In this document: positions 1 through 9,122 of the stretch, one piece after another
Layout of the letters: every line of letters begins with the position of its first letter
How positions within the stretch are numbered: position 1 is the first letter of the stretch
Source of the DNA: Pyrinomonadaceae bacterium
GTDB lineage: Bacteria; Acidobacteriota; Blastocatellia; Pyrinomonadales; Pyrinomonadaceae
Length of the DNA: 53,325 nucleotides
Direction: 5' to 3'
Assembly: GCA_046262135.1 (NCBI GenBank)
Contig: JBHENH010000006.1
Location: forward strand, 437 to 53,761
Made by a program: the position numbers and the translations under genes
The notes under the pieces: generated by a model
Told to the model about the DNA's origin: nothing
Databases searched by the model: none
Seen by the model: only the letters and a program-made list of their open reading frames with translations

Positions 1-1
1 A

Positions 2-1378
2 CTTACGACGACCAACCAGAATGTCAGATTGAACCCGCAGTTCCCAACCGCCGCGACACTAACTTACACGCAACCTCTTTTCAGGGGACTGCGTTTTGAT
101 CTCAACCGGCGCAACATTGAGATTGCTAAAAAGAACCTTTCCCTGTCTGACGCGCAGTTTCGTCAGCGCGCCATTGATGTCATTAGCCAGGTGGAGCAGG
201 CGTATTGGGATCTGGCGTTCGCCCTAAGAAATCTCCAGGTCCAGATCGATGCGGTGAGACAAGCGCGGCTTCAGGTTGAAAGTAATAATCGACTGGTTGA
301 GAAAGGCGTACTAGCGCCGATTGACATCGTAGCTGCCAGCACGCAGGTGACGACCTTCGAACAGAACGTTTACGATGCGCAGCAGGCTGTAACTCAGGCG
401 GAAAACACTCTTAAGACATTAATCCTGCCTGATCGGAATGTCGCGCTCTGGTCACGTGCGATCACTCCAATAACTCCGGTAAACCTGGAGGCGCCGCGCG
501 TGCCGCTGGAGTTGGCAGTTAAAGCTGCGCTCGATAACCGGCCTGACCTTGCGCAATTAAGGACCAACTCCGACATCAACCAAATTAATGTTCGCTACTT
601 GCGCGACCAGACAAAACCGCAAGTCGATTTGGTGGGGACCTACACAACCGTTGGGTTGGCCGGAAGGTTTGTGCAAACGCCTTCTTCATCTACAGGCAGC
701 ACATCTCTGTTGACGCAACGAGTAAACGAGCTCTCTATTCTTGCGGGTCTGGAGCCGCTGCCTCCCACTTCAACTACCTCGACGATCGCGCCAAATCTTG
801 TGGGCGGCTATACGCAGTCATTGAAAAATTTGCTCGACCAAAACTATCCAACGCTCCGCTTTGGAGTGCGTATTTCCCTGCCACTTAGAAATCGCACAGC
901 TGAAGCGAATCTGGGAGGCGCGCTGGCACTGGGCAATCGAATCACCGAACAGTTCAAACAAACGGAACAACTCATTGAAGCCGAGGTAAGAAATGCTATC
1001 CAGGCCTTGCGGTCGGCAGAGGCACGTCTGGGAGCGGCGGCCGCGTCGCGCTCCTCTGCGGAGCAGCAATATGCAAGCGAGCAAAGACAATTCCGTGCAG
1101 GCACAACGGCTCTTTATCTGGTGTTGCAGCGTCAAACCGACTTGCTTGCAGCGCGGGCGAGAGAATTACAGGCTCAGACAGATTTGAACAAGGCTATCTC
1201 GCACCTGCAGCGCGCGACAGGAAATACGCTGACCGCCAATCATGTTTCGGTGCGCACTGATACGCCTTTGCGAGAACTCGAGCAGCGGCCGGAGAGTGCC
1301 GAAAAAACCGAAAGTGCGGCAACGAATATAACGAATCCAATATCGTCTTCAGCTGATCCTTCGAAAAGCCAGGAATGA
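2..1378 (+). CDS. TolC-family outer membrane efflux protein, 5' end outside the window
   Basis: Frame 2 is open to the window edge with no upstream stop. It has two TolC-type repeat regions (QFRQRAIDVISQVEQAYWDLAFALRNLQVQ..; AEVRNAIQALRSAEARL..QFRAGTTALYLVLQRQTDLL). The stop codon is TGA at 1376-1378. Confidence 0.85.
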   Translation, partial: LTTTNQNVRLNPQFPTAATLTYTQPLFRGLRFDLNRRNIEIAKKNLSLSDAQFRQRAIDVISQVEQAYWDLAFALRNLQVQIDAVRQARLQVESNNRLVEKGVLAPIDIVAASTQVTTFEQNVYDAQQAVTQAENTLKTLILPDRNVALWSRAITPITPVNLEAPRVPLELAVKAALDNRPDLAQLRTNSDINQINVRYLRDQTKPQVDLVGTYTTVGLAGRFVQTPSSSTGSTSLLTQRVNELSILAGLEPLPPTSTTSTIAPNLVGGYTQSLKNLLDQNYPTLRFGVRISLPLRNRTAEANLGGALALGNRITEQFKQTEQLIEAEVRNAIQALRSAEARLGAAAASRSSAEQQYASEQRQFRAGTTALYLVLQRQTDLLAARARELQAQTDLNKAISHLQRATGNTLTANHVSVRTDTPLRELEQRPESAEKTESAATNITNPISSSADPSKSQE

Positions 1379-1486
1379 TTTGTCAGCCCGTACCCCGGCC
1401 GACGTAACCGGTGATCGCTCGATCAGATGAGATCCGCTACCGCGGTGTCGTACTAACCTCATCCGGTACACAACAGACATACCACG

Positions 1487-2116
1487 ATGGAACGAAGAAT
1501 TCTTTGCTGCGAAATCCTCATGGTTCTTACCTGCAGCGCGTGCCATTCAGCTAACGATAACGCCGACGCGCGGGGCATCATTGTTATCAACGCTCCGGCG
1601 ACAGGAGAAGTAAGACGGATCCTCAATGCGGAAGGAGTTCACGTGGACCAGGGAACGCCTCTGATCGAAATCGCTGTGCAGAATCAAACGGCCCCCGTAA
1701 CCACAAATCCCGTTGAAAGCGGTGAAACCCAGGCCGTTCGCAACTACAAAGCGGCAGACACGGAGATTGAAGTTGCTCGTGCTGACGCCGTGCGTCACGG
1801 AGCGGAAGTCGAGCGTCTCACACCGCTAGTGGCCTCCGGAGAAGCCTCCCAGGGGCAGCTTGATGGGGAGCGTGGTCTATATGAACGCGCTCAACAACGG
1901 CTGCAGCAAGCTCAGGACGCGAAAAGAAGAGCGGAAGGCGGACTGCTGGCGGCGCGTCAACCGGGCCTGAATCGGAACGCGGCCCAGACGCAATCGCGGG
2001 AAGAAATTGTTGCCGCAGTTGCAACCTCAGCGGGAACGCTCACTGTCGTTAATGTGCGTGTGGGCGAGAAAGTAAAACTCGGCGACCCGATAGCGACGCT
2101 CCGTGCAGATCAGTAA
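1487..2116 (+). CDS. Small HlyD/membrane-fusion-like lipoprotein with only the lipoyl and coiled-coil hairpin core
   Basis: The N-terminus is lipobox-like (LTCSAC). Two half lipoyl-like motifs (IVINAPATGEVRRI..GTPLIEI and AGTLTVVNVRVGEKVKLGDPIATL) flank a coiled-coil segment. The start codon is uncertain. Confidence 0.55.
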   Translation: MERRILCCEILMVLTCSACHSANDNADARGIIVINAPATGEVRRILNAEGVHVDQGTPLIEIAVQNQTAPVTTNPVESGETQAVRNYKAADTEIEVARADAVRHGAEVERLTPLVASGEASQGQLDGERGLYERAQQRLQQAQDAKRRAEGGLLAARQPGLNRNAAQTQSREEIVAAVATSAGTLTVVNVRVGEKVKLGDPIATLRADQ

Positions 2117-2122
2117 TTAACT

Positions 2123-2491
2123 GTGGCTTCATCCAGCGTTATAAACATCGGTCCAGGCGAGCAACGCAAGCGGCGCGTCCTGGGTTTTGTAGCCTTAACC
2201 GTAGGGGTGGCGGCCGCATTCACCCTGGTCATCTACGACGCTCCGAGGTGGACGTGTCTTATCAACTTTTTTCCCATCTGGACTGCCAGACTGGGTTTAA
2301 TGCAGGCGAAGGAGAAGATCTGTATTGCGTTGGCCGCGCGAGGAACTTGCAACATGGACTGGGGCGAAACCCCGATAGTCGACGGCGATTTAATTAAGCA
2401 ACTGCGCGCCAGGGCCAAACAGATAAACCGCCGGGCGCTGATCACGGCTGCTGTGATCACTCTCGTAGCTTACGTTTTTCCGCGCGGCTGA
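2123..2491 (+). CDS. Small membrane protein, DUF2892/YgaP-transmembrane-like
   Basis: GTG start 7 nt after the previous stop. Two hydrophobic segments and an N.G..E.R.R..G-like N-terminus. The family assignment is from memory only. Confidence 0.4.
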   Translation: MASSSVINIGPGEQRKRRVLGFVALTVGVAAAFTLVIYDAPRWTCLINFFPIWTARLGLMQAKEKICIALAARGTCNMDWGETPIVDGDLIKQLRARAKQINRRALITAAVITLVAYVFPRG

Positions 2492-2515
2492 TGCGTGTCG
2501 AAAGGAGAGACCGTG

Positions 2516-2965
2516 ATGAGTTTCTTGAACAAGTGGCGCCCGGCGCTGTTAGTGATGTTCTCCATCGCAATCGGCGTGGCTGCTAACGACTCACCAGACA
2601 GGAAAGACGCTGCGAAGGACAGAACTGAGATGCAGGATGTAAGAAACCTGGACCGGAGAATTACTTCACTTGAGCAACGCCTTTACCTGATCGAGTCGAG
2701 CATCAATCGGTTGGAACAGTTGGCATTTTCGCAACGGACGCCGATTTCACAACCGGCTGTGCCCGACCCGGAGATCAATGTATTGCGAGGGGAGATGCGA
2801 CTGCTTCAAGCCAGAATCAGCGAGATCGAATGCGGGCTGGTAAAGCTCGATGAACGAACTACATCGCCGGCTGTTCGCGACGGGCGTCGAGGTGAGGCGA
2901 CAAAGACCGCTGATCCGTGTCGTATTGCTCCCGCGTCGCCGTTGCGCCTCTCGAACCGTCCATAA
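2516..2965 (+). CDS. Hypothetical secreted coiled-coil protein
   Basis: RBS aaggagag at 2500-2507, then ATG at 2516. It has a signal-like N-terminus (ALLVMFSIAIGVAA) and heptad-like segments (ITSLEQRLYLIESSINRLEQL; LLQARISEIE). The ORF track starts at GTG 2495. Confidence 0.45.
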   Translation: MSFLNKWRPALLVMFSIAIGVAANDSPDRKDAAKDRTEMQDVRNLDRRITSLEQRLYLIESSINRLEQLAFSQRTPISQPAVPDPEINVLRGEMRLLQARISEIECGLVKLDERTTSPAVRDGRRGEATKTADPCRIAPASPLRLSNRP

Positions 2966-2974
2966 GGACTTGTA

Positions 2975-3319
2975 GAGCAAACTGTTAGTTTGCGTCTTAT
3001 TCGTAGCCCCCCAACTAAACGCGAATGGCATTTTCACGCCCGCAGACTAACAGTTTGCGTTACAAACCGGCGCTTAGTTGCATCCACAAGCGACTGAGTA
3101 GAGCAAACTGTTAGTTTGCCTCTTATTCGTAGCCCCCCAACTAAACGCGAATGGCATTTCACGCCCGCAGACTAACAGTTTGCGTTACAAACCGGCGCTT
3201 AGTTGCATCTAACGAGCGACTGAGTCGAGCCAAACTGTTAGTTTGCCTCTTATTCGTAGCGCCCCCAACTCAACGCGAATGGCATTTCACGCCCGCAAAC
3301 TTAACAGTTTGCGTTACGA
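2975..3319. repeat. Tandem array of 2.7 copies of a 126-bp non-coding unit with an internal 17-nt inverted repeat
   Basis: Unit starts (gagcaaactg / gagccaaactg) are at 2975, 3101 and 3227, so the period is 126. Copies 1 and 2 differ at only a few positions. Copy 3 is more diverged and loses homology near 3319. Each unit contains gcaaactgttagtttgc ...49 nt... gcagactaacagtttgc. Confidence 0.9.
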
Positions 3320-3359
3320 AGTCAGTTACGGAGACCAGCGTCAATTACGCCCAACACTT

Positions 3360-3767
3360 ATGCAAATCAAAGTCGGAGACACCGCCGCCCTGTCGAAGAA
3401 GATTACCGACAACGATATTCGCGCGTTTGCGAAATTAACTGGCGATGACAATCCTGTTCACCTCGATGAAGCGTACGCCAGGACAACCAGATTCGGTCAT
3501 CGGATCGCGCACGGTATGTTAGGAGCGTCGCTCATATCGGCCGTGCTGGGAACCACCCTACCCGGGAAGGGATCGATTTACCTTAGTCAAACGTTGCAGT
3601 TTCTTCGGCCGATTTACATTGACAACATTATTACCGCTCGAGTGACTGTGCAAAAAGTAAGAGAAGATAAATCGATCGTCACGTTAGAGACGACCTGTGA
3701 GAACCAACACGGTGAAACGCTCATACGCGGCGAAGCGGTGGTGTTGGTCGAGAACCGCTCTGAATAG
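3360..3767 (+). CDS. MaoC-like (R)-specific enoyl-CoA hydratase / hot-dog dehydratase
   Basis: MQIKVGD..FAKLTGDDNPVHLDEAYA..RFGHRIAHGML is a typical MaoC dehydratase motif. ATG 3360 is chosen because the upstream part of ORF 3243.. lies inside the repeat array. Confidence 0.85.
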   Translation: MQIKVGDTAALSKKITDNDIRAFAKLTGDDNPVHLDEAYARTTRFGHRIAHGMLGASLISAVLGTTLPGKGSIYLSQTLQFLRPIYIDNIITARVTVQKVREDKSIVTLETTCENQHGETLIRGEAVVLVENRSE

Positions 3768-3824
3768 AAGGTGCGACGGATTTCTGGCTGCGGCGTTGGC
3801 CCACCCATTTCAGAGAACGATCTG

Positions 3825-4574
3825 TCACAGACGGGTGGCTACAATTGCTTCGTAGGCATACCACACGCCAAAGGCGATACTGAGTGCGCCGGCTATCGAT
3901 TGGAGTCCAACGTTAACACCCGCCAGACGTTGACCGCTGAGCGCGAAAGGGAGTCCAATCAGGCCAGACATCAGAAGCATGCCGACGGTAGCGCCAATGC
4001 CGAAAACGGCCAGGTAAAGCAAGCCGAGCGTCACCGACTGAATCTGGGTAAGGACCAGCAACGTAACCGCTGCGGATCCGGCGAGTCCATGTACTGTTCC
4101 TACGAGCAACGGCCTGAAACCAATTTTCGAAATGGCGTGCGAATGTAAGGAAGAGAGCCTTTCGTGTTTTGTTTCTACGTCGTGAAAATGAATGTGTAGA
4201 TGTGACCTCCCATCGTGAGAGTGCCGGTGCAAATGGACACGTGCGCGCTTGCGAAACACCCGCAAGACTGTGATCGCGCCGAGCGCAATGATCATCAACG
4301 CCACCCCAAGCTCCAGCCAGCTCGCCACGGTCGCGGGAATCGCGATGCGAAAGACCAGCACTGCAAGGCCTACGAATACGAGCGAGGCGGTATGTCCCGC
4401 ACCCCATAATCCGCCGACCAGTGCTGATCGAAACACACTGCGATGCTCACTAACAATTGTCGAGACCGCAACAACGTGATCCACTTCGGTTGCGTGCTTC
4501 AGGCCGAATACAAACCCCACGCCAAGCAAGGCAAACATTCCAACTGACGTCATTGCGGGTTCCATCGTGAGCAA
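3825..4574 (-). CDS. NicO/RcnA/UreH-like nickel-cobalt transporter family membrane protein with a His-rich loop
   Basis: The signature LKHATEVDHVVAV is present. The central loop HLHRHSHDGRSHLHIHFHDVETKHERLSSLHSH lies between two blocks of three transmembrane segments. The start is ambiguous (TTG 4574, ATG 4565 or ATG 4553). Confidence 0.75.
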   Translation of the reverse strand: MLTMEPAMTSVGMFALLGVGFVFGLKHATEVDHVVAVSTIVSEHRSVFRSALVGGLWGAGHTASLVFVGLAVLVFRIAIPATVASWLELGVALMIIALGAITVLRVFRKRARVHLHRHSHDGRSHLHIHFHDVETKHERLSSLHSHAISKIGFRPLLVGTVHGLAGSAAVTLLVLTQIQSVTLGLLYLAVFGIGATVGMLLMSGLIGLPFALSGQRLAGVNVGLQSIAGALSIAFGVWYAYEAIVATRL

Positions 4575-4841
4575 TCGTGCACGTTCATTTCATTTTCGGC
4601 AACTGCTCCGAGTAGGTCAGTTTGGATTTCGAGCTTGAGATTGCTCACCTGCACGAGAAGACTGACCGGCTTTACGAAACCATGATGGCTCGCTTCGAAA
4701 GGCTGGAGAGGATGGCGACCGAGGGCCGCGCGTAAATATGACCAGACAATGGGATTTCTGTATGAAAAACTAAGGGTTTTGGATTTCTAAGGACGCCTTG
4801 CTAAGGGAAACCAGTATAGGTAAAAGCGGTGCGAACCAATG

Positions 4842-6065
4842 TCAGCTGTGAGCTCCCCGGATAATTCCTCGCTTCCAGCTGTAACTACCTATGCTGAACA
4901 GCGCAACAAACGTAGTGATCAGTGACAGCCACGCGAATACGTGAACACCGCCTAACTTCCAACGTCTCCAACTCCGCTTTACCTCGGTTGGCTGCGTGGG
5001 TTCGCTTAAGTTCAACGCGCGCGCAGTAAGACTCACCTTTGAATTTTCCAGAATGGTCTTTAAACCGTCAACGGTTCTGTCCTCGACGATTCCTCGTTTG
5101 ATACCGCTGAACGCTCCGTCCAGCCCGTCCGCACGAGATCGGTTCTCATAGACCAGATACGATCCGGGCGATGCCCCCGGAATATTTACGAATGCTGTCA
5201 ACGCAAGCGACGAATCAAAGTAGTGATTCGCGTAGATCTGCTTTGACGCTATCAAGATCTGCGGCCCACTTCCCTGCTCTCGCTTATAGATTGTGATGTG
5301 ATTAATGGCCAGGACCGGCTTCAAACCAAATTTGATCTTGGACCATACAATTGCGTTTTCGATGACATGCAGATCGGCCGCGGAGACGCCTTTCTGATGT
5401 TGCGGTAGCCTGGAAAGAAAACTGTTTACATAACCGGGAGCGTTCATCAGTGCGTGTTGCTCTTCAGCTATTCGAACACTTTTCGACTTATCGTTATATT
5501 CAATCAGTGCCGAGTCGCCTCTGGCGAGATAATCTCGGACATAATCCAAAAGCATTTGTCTGAAAAGCTGAGTTGCCTGAATGCGGTAATCCGGCGACTG
5601 CCAGTTCACTTCTTTCTGAAATCGCTCAATCATTGCAGCCGAGAGCTTCAAGCGGCAATCTCCGACAATGCACGCTTTCAAATCCTCCAGGTCACGACTC
5701 TCCATTGTAAGGCCGCTCATATCATCCAGCGTCGGCGTCCGGCTGAAACTACCAATCTCCAGGATGGCCGGATTAGTCTTTCGCGCCATGCTGTCCCTAA
5801 ACGACGCGAGGAATATTTCGGCGGGAACATCGACGCCTACCAGGCCGCAGACCGCCACTTCCCGTTTGTCCTGCACCGGTAAAAGCTGTACGACCGTCTG
5901 CCCCTGGCTGAGTGCAGCGAAAGCGGTCTCATCAAAGGCGACCTTATCACGCAGAACTTTATGGAAATCCGCTAGTGACGTTTGAGCGAGGGCGCTGGCC
6001 ATGCACACGCACAGAACGGCGCAAACCCTAATGAAAGCTGGGAAATTCCGGATTTTTTTTAGCAT
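4842..6065 (-). CDS. Hypothetical exported protein with a C-terminal transmembrane anchor
   Basis: 407-aa ORF with a signal peptide (VCAVLCVCMASALAQ) and a C-terminal hydrophobic helix (VHVFAWLSLITTFVALFSI). I recognise no family. Confidence 0.6.
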   Translation of the reverse strand: MLKKIRNFPAFIRVCAVLCVCMASALAQTSLADFHKVLRDKVAFDETAFAALSQGQTVVQLLPVQDKREVAVCGLVGVDVPAEIFLASFRDSMARKTNPAILEIGSFSRTPTLDDMSGLTMESRDLEDLKACIVGDCRLKLSAAMIERFQKEVNWQSPDYRIQATQLFRQMLLDYVRDYLARGDSALIEYNDKSKSVRIAEEQHALMNAPGYVNSFLSRLPQHQKGVSAADLHVIENAIVWSKIKFGLKPVLAINHITIYKREQGSGPQILIASKQIYANHYFDSSLALTAFVNIPGASPGSYLVYENRSRADGLDGAFSGIKRGIVEDRTVDGLKTILENSKVSLTARALNLSEPTQPTEVKRSWRRWKLGGVHVFAWLSLITTFVALFSIGSYSWKRGIIRGAHS

Positions 6066-6378
6066 GCTTAGTACCTGCCTAAGCTAAACCTTGAAGGTGC
6101 GAACAGTGTCTGAATGTGTACTTCCCGACCGGGTCATGAATTCTTTTGCTACACACGATGTGCTTTGGAATCATTACCGCATAAGCTGTGCCACACGCGA
6201 AGCAGGATGGGGGTTCCTTCGTTATTACTTAGACGACGAATAAGCGGTGAACTGATGGCTGTGAAGTATTTGCAAGATTTATGAGCGCGGTTTTGCTGAA
6301 CCATGAGCGGAAAGAGTCGCTCGTCGGGTGCTTCGTCCCGATCCTGGCGGCACCTCCGGTTTTTAAGAGTTGGAAACG

Positions 6379-7638
6379 CTACCTGATGTTTTTGAGAGGC
6401 TGAACTTCCCTTAAACGACGCTCGAGGAAGCGGCGCTCACTCTCGTTCGTAACCAGCTTAAGAGCTCGCGTGTAGCTTTCTGCCGCTTCGCTGTTCGAGC
6501 CAAGACGGCGTAAAAGGTCGGCACGGGCGGCATGAAGCAAGTGATAATCATGTAACTCACCGGATGAAGCTATTGCATCGAGTAGTGCGAGGCCCGACTC
6601 AGGACCGTCCACCATAGCAACAGCCACCGCTCGATTGAGAGTCACGACCGGAGAGGGCTGCAACCGTTCGAGCAGATCGTATAGCCGGACGATTTGAGGC
6701 CAATCAGTATCTTCGGCCCTGGCCGCTCGACAATGGACAGCAGCAATTCCCGCTTGCAAGGCAAACGGGCCGGGATGACAACGAAGGGCCACGTCAACGA
6801 GCGGCAACGCTTCTGCAATTTGCTTTTGATCCCAACGCGTGCGGTCCTGCTTTTCAAGCACGATAATATCGCCCGCCTGGTCGATGCGCGCATCGCGACG
6901 AGAGTCGTGCAGCAGCATAAGCGCCAGCAGTGCGGTGGTTTCGGATGGAGGTTGGGGCGCCATCAACATTCTCACGAGACGAGCGAGGCGTATGGCCTCG
7001 GCGCACAAGTCCTTTCGCAGCAGGGATGAGCCTTGCGTTGACGCATAGCCTTCGTTGAAGATTAGGTATATCACGGTGAGCACGGCTTCCAGCCGATCCG
7101 GCATCTCACTTGTATCAGGAACCTTAAAGGGAATACCGGCGTCGCGAATCTTGCGTTTGGCGCGCACCAGACGCTGGGCCATCGTTGCCGTTGGAACTAG
7201 AAATGCGCGAGCAATCTCGTCTGTTTGGAGACCGCCCAGTGTGCGAAGGGTTAATGCGACCTGGGCTTCAGGGGCCAGAGCGGGGTGACAGCAAGTAAAG
7301 ATTAACCGAAGCCGGTCGTCAGGAATTTCTTCCTGCTTGAAGTGTGGCTGCTCGCTTGTTTGGCTTAACTCCGACGCGTAGGATTCTACTTTTTCTTGAA
7401 AGCGCGTCTGGCGGCGGAGCCGGTCGATGGCCTTGTGCCGAGCCGTCTGAATGATCCATGCGGGTGGAGAATCGGGCACACCCGACACCCGCCATTGATC
7501 AACCGCCGCGGCGAATGCTTCCTGCGCAGACTCTTCTGCAATATCGAAATCGCCGAAAGACCTGATTAGCGTGGCAACGATCCGGCCCCAATCGGAGCTA
7601 TATACCGACTGAACAGCAGCGTTCACATCCTGAGCCAT
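6379..7638 (-). CDS. ECF sigma factor with a long C-terminal TPR-like extension (ECF42-like)
   Basis: Sigma-2 ([39 protein letters not shown]) and sigma-4 ([34 protein letters not shown]) regions are followed by an extension of about 230 aa. It is divergent from a DGPF/YciI gene. Confidence 0.85.
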   Translation of the reverse strand: MAQDVNAAVQSVYSSDWGRIVATLIRSFGDFDIAEESAQEAFAAAVDQWRVSGVPDSPPAWIIQTARHKAIDRLRRQTRFQEKVESYASELSQTSEQPHFKQEEIPDDRLRLIFTCCHPALAPEAQVALTLRTLGGLQTDEIARAFLVPTATMAQRLVRAKRKIRDAGIPFKVPDTSEMPDRLEAVLTVIYLIFNEGYASTQGSSLLRKDLCAEAIRLARLVRMLMAPQPPSETTALLALMLLHDSRRDARIDQAGDIIVLEKQDRTRWDQKQIAEALPLVDVALRCHPGPFALQAGIAAVHCRAARAEDTDWPQIVRLYDLLERLQPSPVVTLNRAVAVAMVDGPESGLALLDAIASSGELHDYHLLHAARADLLRRLGSNSEAAESYTRALKLVTNESERRFLERRLREVQPLKNIR

Positions 7639-7667
7639 TGCTCATGTTAGATAATTTTTAGTGGGGG

Positions 7668-7694
7668 TGTCGATCTGCGAACTTCTCGTTCGAC
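7668..7694 (+). promoter_or_regulatory. Candidate ECF-type promoter upstream of the DGPF gene (TGTCGA-N17-CGAC)
   Basis: TGTCGA lies at 7668-7673 and CGAC at 7691-7694, about 20 nt upstream of RBS ggagg and ATG 7716. It resembles the bipartite motif I recall for ECF42-group sigma factors. This is unverified. Confidence 0.3.
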
Positions 7695-7715
7695 TTATAG
7701 CTGGAGGCACAAACT

Positions 7716-8081
7716 ATGAAATATATGTTGCTGATCTACCATGATGAGCAGGTCTGGAACGCTCTTACTGAAACCGAACGTCAACAAATTTACGGTGAAT
7801 ATCGCCAGTTGATTCAAGAGCTGCAGTCGAATGGTAAATATCTCGCGGGCGACCAGTTGCAGCCGGCGACAACGGCAAGCAGCGTTCGCGTGCGCGACGG
7901 AAAACCGCTGGTGACGGATGGACCCTTTGCGGAAACGCGCGAGCACATCGGCGGTTTTTTTATGATCGATGCCAGAGATCTGGATGAGGCCACAGGAATA
8001 GCTGCTCGAATTCCATCAGCCCGCATGGGAACAGTTGAAGTGCGTCCGGTGGTTGAAAGTGCGGCCTCGAAGCGCGCGTAG
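7716..8081 (+). CDS. YciI-like / DGPF-domain protein
   Basis: MKYMLLIY.. N-terminus and the motif VTDGPFAETREHIGGFFMIDARDLDEA. Confidence 0.85.
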   Translation: MKYMLLIYHDEQVWNALTETERQQIYGEYRQLIQELQSNGKYLAGDQLQPATTASSVRVRDGKPLVTDGPFAETREHIGGFFMIDARDLDEATGIAARIPSARMGTVEVRPVVESAASKRA

Positions 8082-8182
8082 GTCAGAAAGGATCTCGAAA
8101 CATCAGAACCGCGAACCGTAACGATCGTCCACGGCGGATAATTGAATTTGATCTTATAAGTGAATATCGAGAGGAGATAAGT

Positions 8183-8665
8183 ATGCAAAAGATTACCCCG
8201 TTCCTTTGGTTCGACGACAAAGCGGAAGAGGCTGCGAATTTCTATGCATCGATTTTTAAGAATTCAAAGGTTGGCAAGATTGCTCGGTACTCAGACGAAG
8301 CAGCGCAGGCTGCCGGGCGACCAAAGGGTTCCGTTATGACAGTTGATTTCGAACTCGATGGTCAACAATTTGTAGGATTGAATGGTGGTCCTCACTTCAA
8401 ATTTACTGAGGCCGTGTCTTTTTCAGTGGACTGCGAAACGCAGGAAGAAATAGATAGGTTCTGGGAAAAGTTATCCGAGGGTGGTGAAAAATCGAGATGC
8501 GGATGGTTGAAAGACAAGTATGGCTTGTCATGGCAGGTTGTTCCGACCGTGTTAGCCGACATGGTTCAGGACAAGGATTCTGAAAAGTCTGCACGGGTTA
8601 TGAAGGCAATACTGCAAATGGACAAAATTGAAATAAGCAAGTTGGAGCAAGCATACGAGCAATAG
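8183..8665 (+). CDS. VOC-superfamily protein (PhnB / 3-demethylubiquinone-9 methyltransferase-domain like)
   Basis: MQKITPFLWFDDKAEEAANFYASIFKNSKV.. and CGWLKDKYGLSWQVVP are typical of this family. RBS gagaggag lies upstream. Confidence 0.8.
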   Translation: MQKITPFLWFDDKAEEAANFYASIFKNSKVGKIARYSDEAAQAAGRPKGSVMTVDFELDGQQFVGLNGGPHFKFTEAVSFSVDCETQEEIDRFWEKLSEGGEKSRCGWLKDKYGLSWQVVPTVLADMVQDKDSEKSARVMKAILQMDKIEISKLEQAYEQ

Positions 8666-8674
8666 GTCGCCAGG

Positions 8675-8712
8675 GGCAGACGGCAGCGGCAGAAGGCAGA
8701 CGGCAGGAGCAG
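8675..8712. repeat. GGCAG-rich short repeat tract immediately upstream of the second DGPF gene RBS
   Basis: Five GGCAG pentamers (8675, 8682, 8688, 8695, 8702) plus GAGCAG. The 12-mer ggcagacggcag occurs twice (8675-8686, 8695-8706). The tract runs into aggagg and ATG 8727. Confidence 0.6.
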
Positions 8713-8726
8713 GAGGCGATGTAGAC

Positions 8727-9083
8727 ATGAAATACATGATGTTGGTTTATCTGGATGAGCAGGCGCTGAGCGAAACTGAGCGCAACCACTGTTACGTTGA
8801 GTCTGCACAATTCGCGCAACATCTCAGCGCAAGCGGTAAGTATCTGGATGCCAGCCCGCTGCATCCTGTTTCGACCGCGACCAGTGTTCGAGTTCGCGAC
8901 GGAAAACGACTGGTGACCGATGGACCGTTTGCGGAGACACGTGAACAACTTGGTGGTTACTACCTCATTGACGCCCGGGATCTGGATGAAGCAATTCGCA
9001 TCGCTGAAAAGATTCCGCCCGTACGATTCGGCACTGTCGAAATCCGTCCAGTGATGGAGATCAGCGGTTTACCTGCCGAATGA
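8727..9083 (+). CDS. YciI-like / DGPF-domain protein (paralogue of 7716-8081)
   Basis: MKYMMLVY.. N-terminus and VTDGPFAETREQLGGYYLIDARDLDEA. It shares the same architecture as the first copy. Confidence 0.85.
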   Translation: MKYMMLVYLDEQALSETERNHCYVESAQFAQHLSASGKYLDASPLHPVSTATSVRVRDGKRLVTDGPFAETREQLGGYYLIDARDLDEAIRIAEKIPPVRFGTVEIRPVMEISGLPAE

Positions 9084-9122
9084 TCTGCACTATTGCGTGC
9101 AAACAGAAGCGAGGGACGCGTA

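Noticed and set aside
2975-3319. The repeat array could be a CRISPR locus.
   Set aside because: The whole 126-bp unit repeats at near identity, so there are no unique spacers. The unit is far longer than CRISPR repeats, and no cas genes are in the window.
4575-4841. There could be a NiCo or other metal riboswitch upstream of the NicO/RcnA-like transporter. Separately, a 37-codon plus-strand ORF lies at 4626-4735 (LDFELEIAHLHEKTDRLYETMMARFERLERMATEGRA).
   Set aside because: I could recognise no conserved riboswitch-like GC-rich junction motifs on the minus strand. The small ORF has no RBS and a TTG start at best. It looks like a coiled-coil fragment of a lost gene, and the evidence is insufficient to call it.
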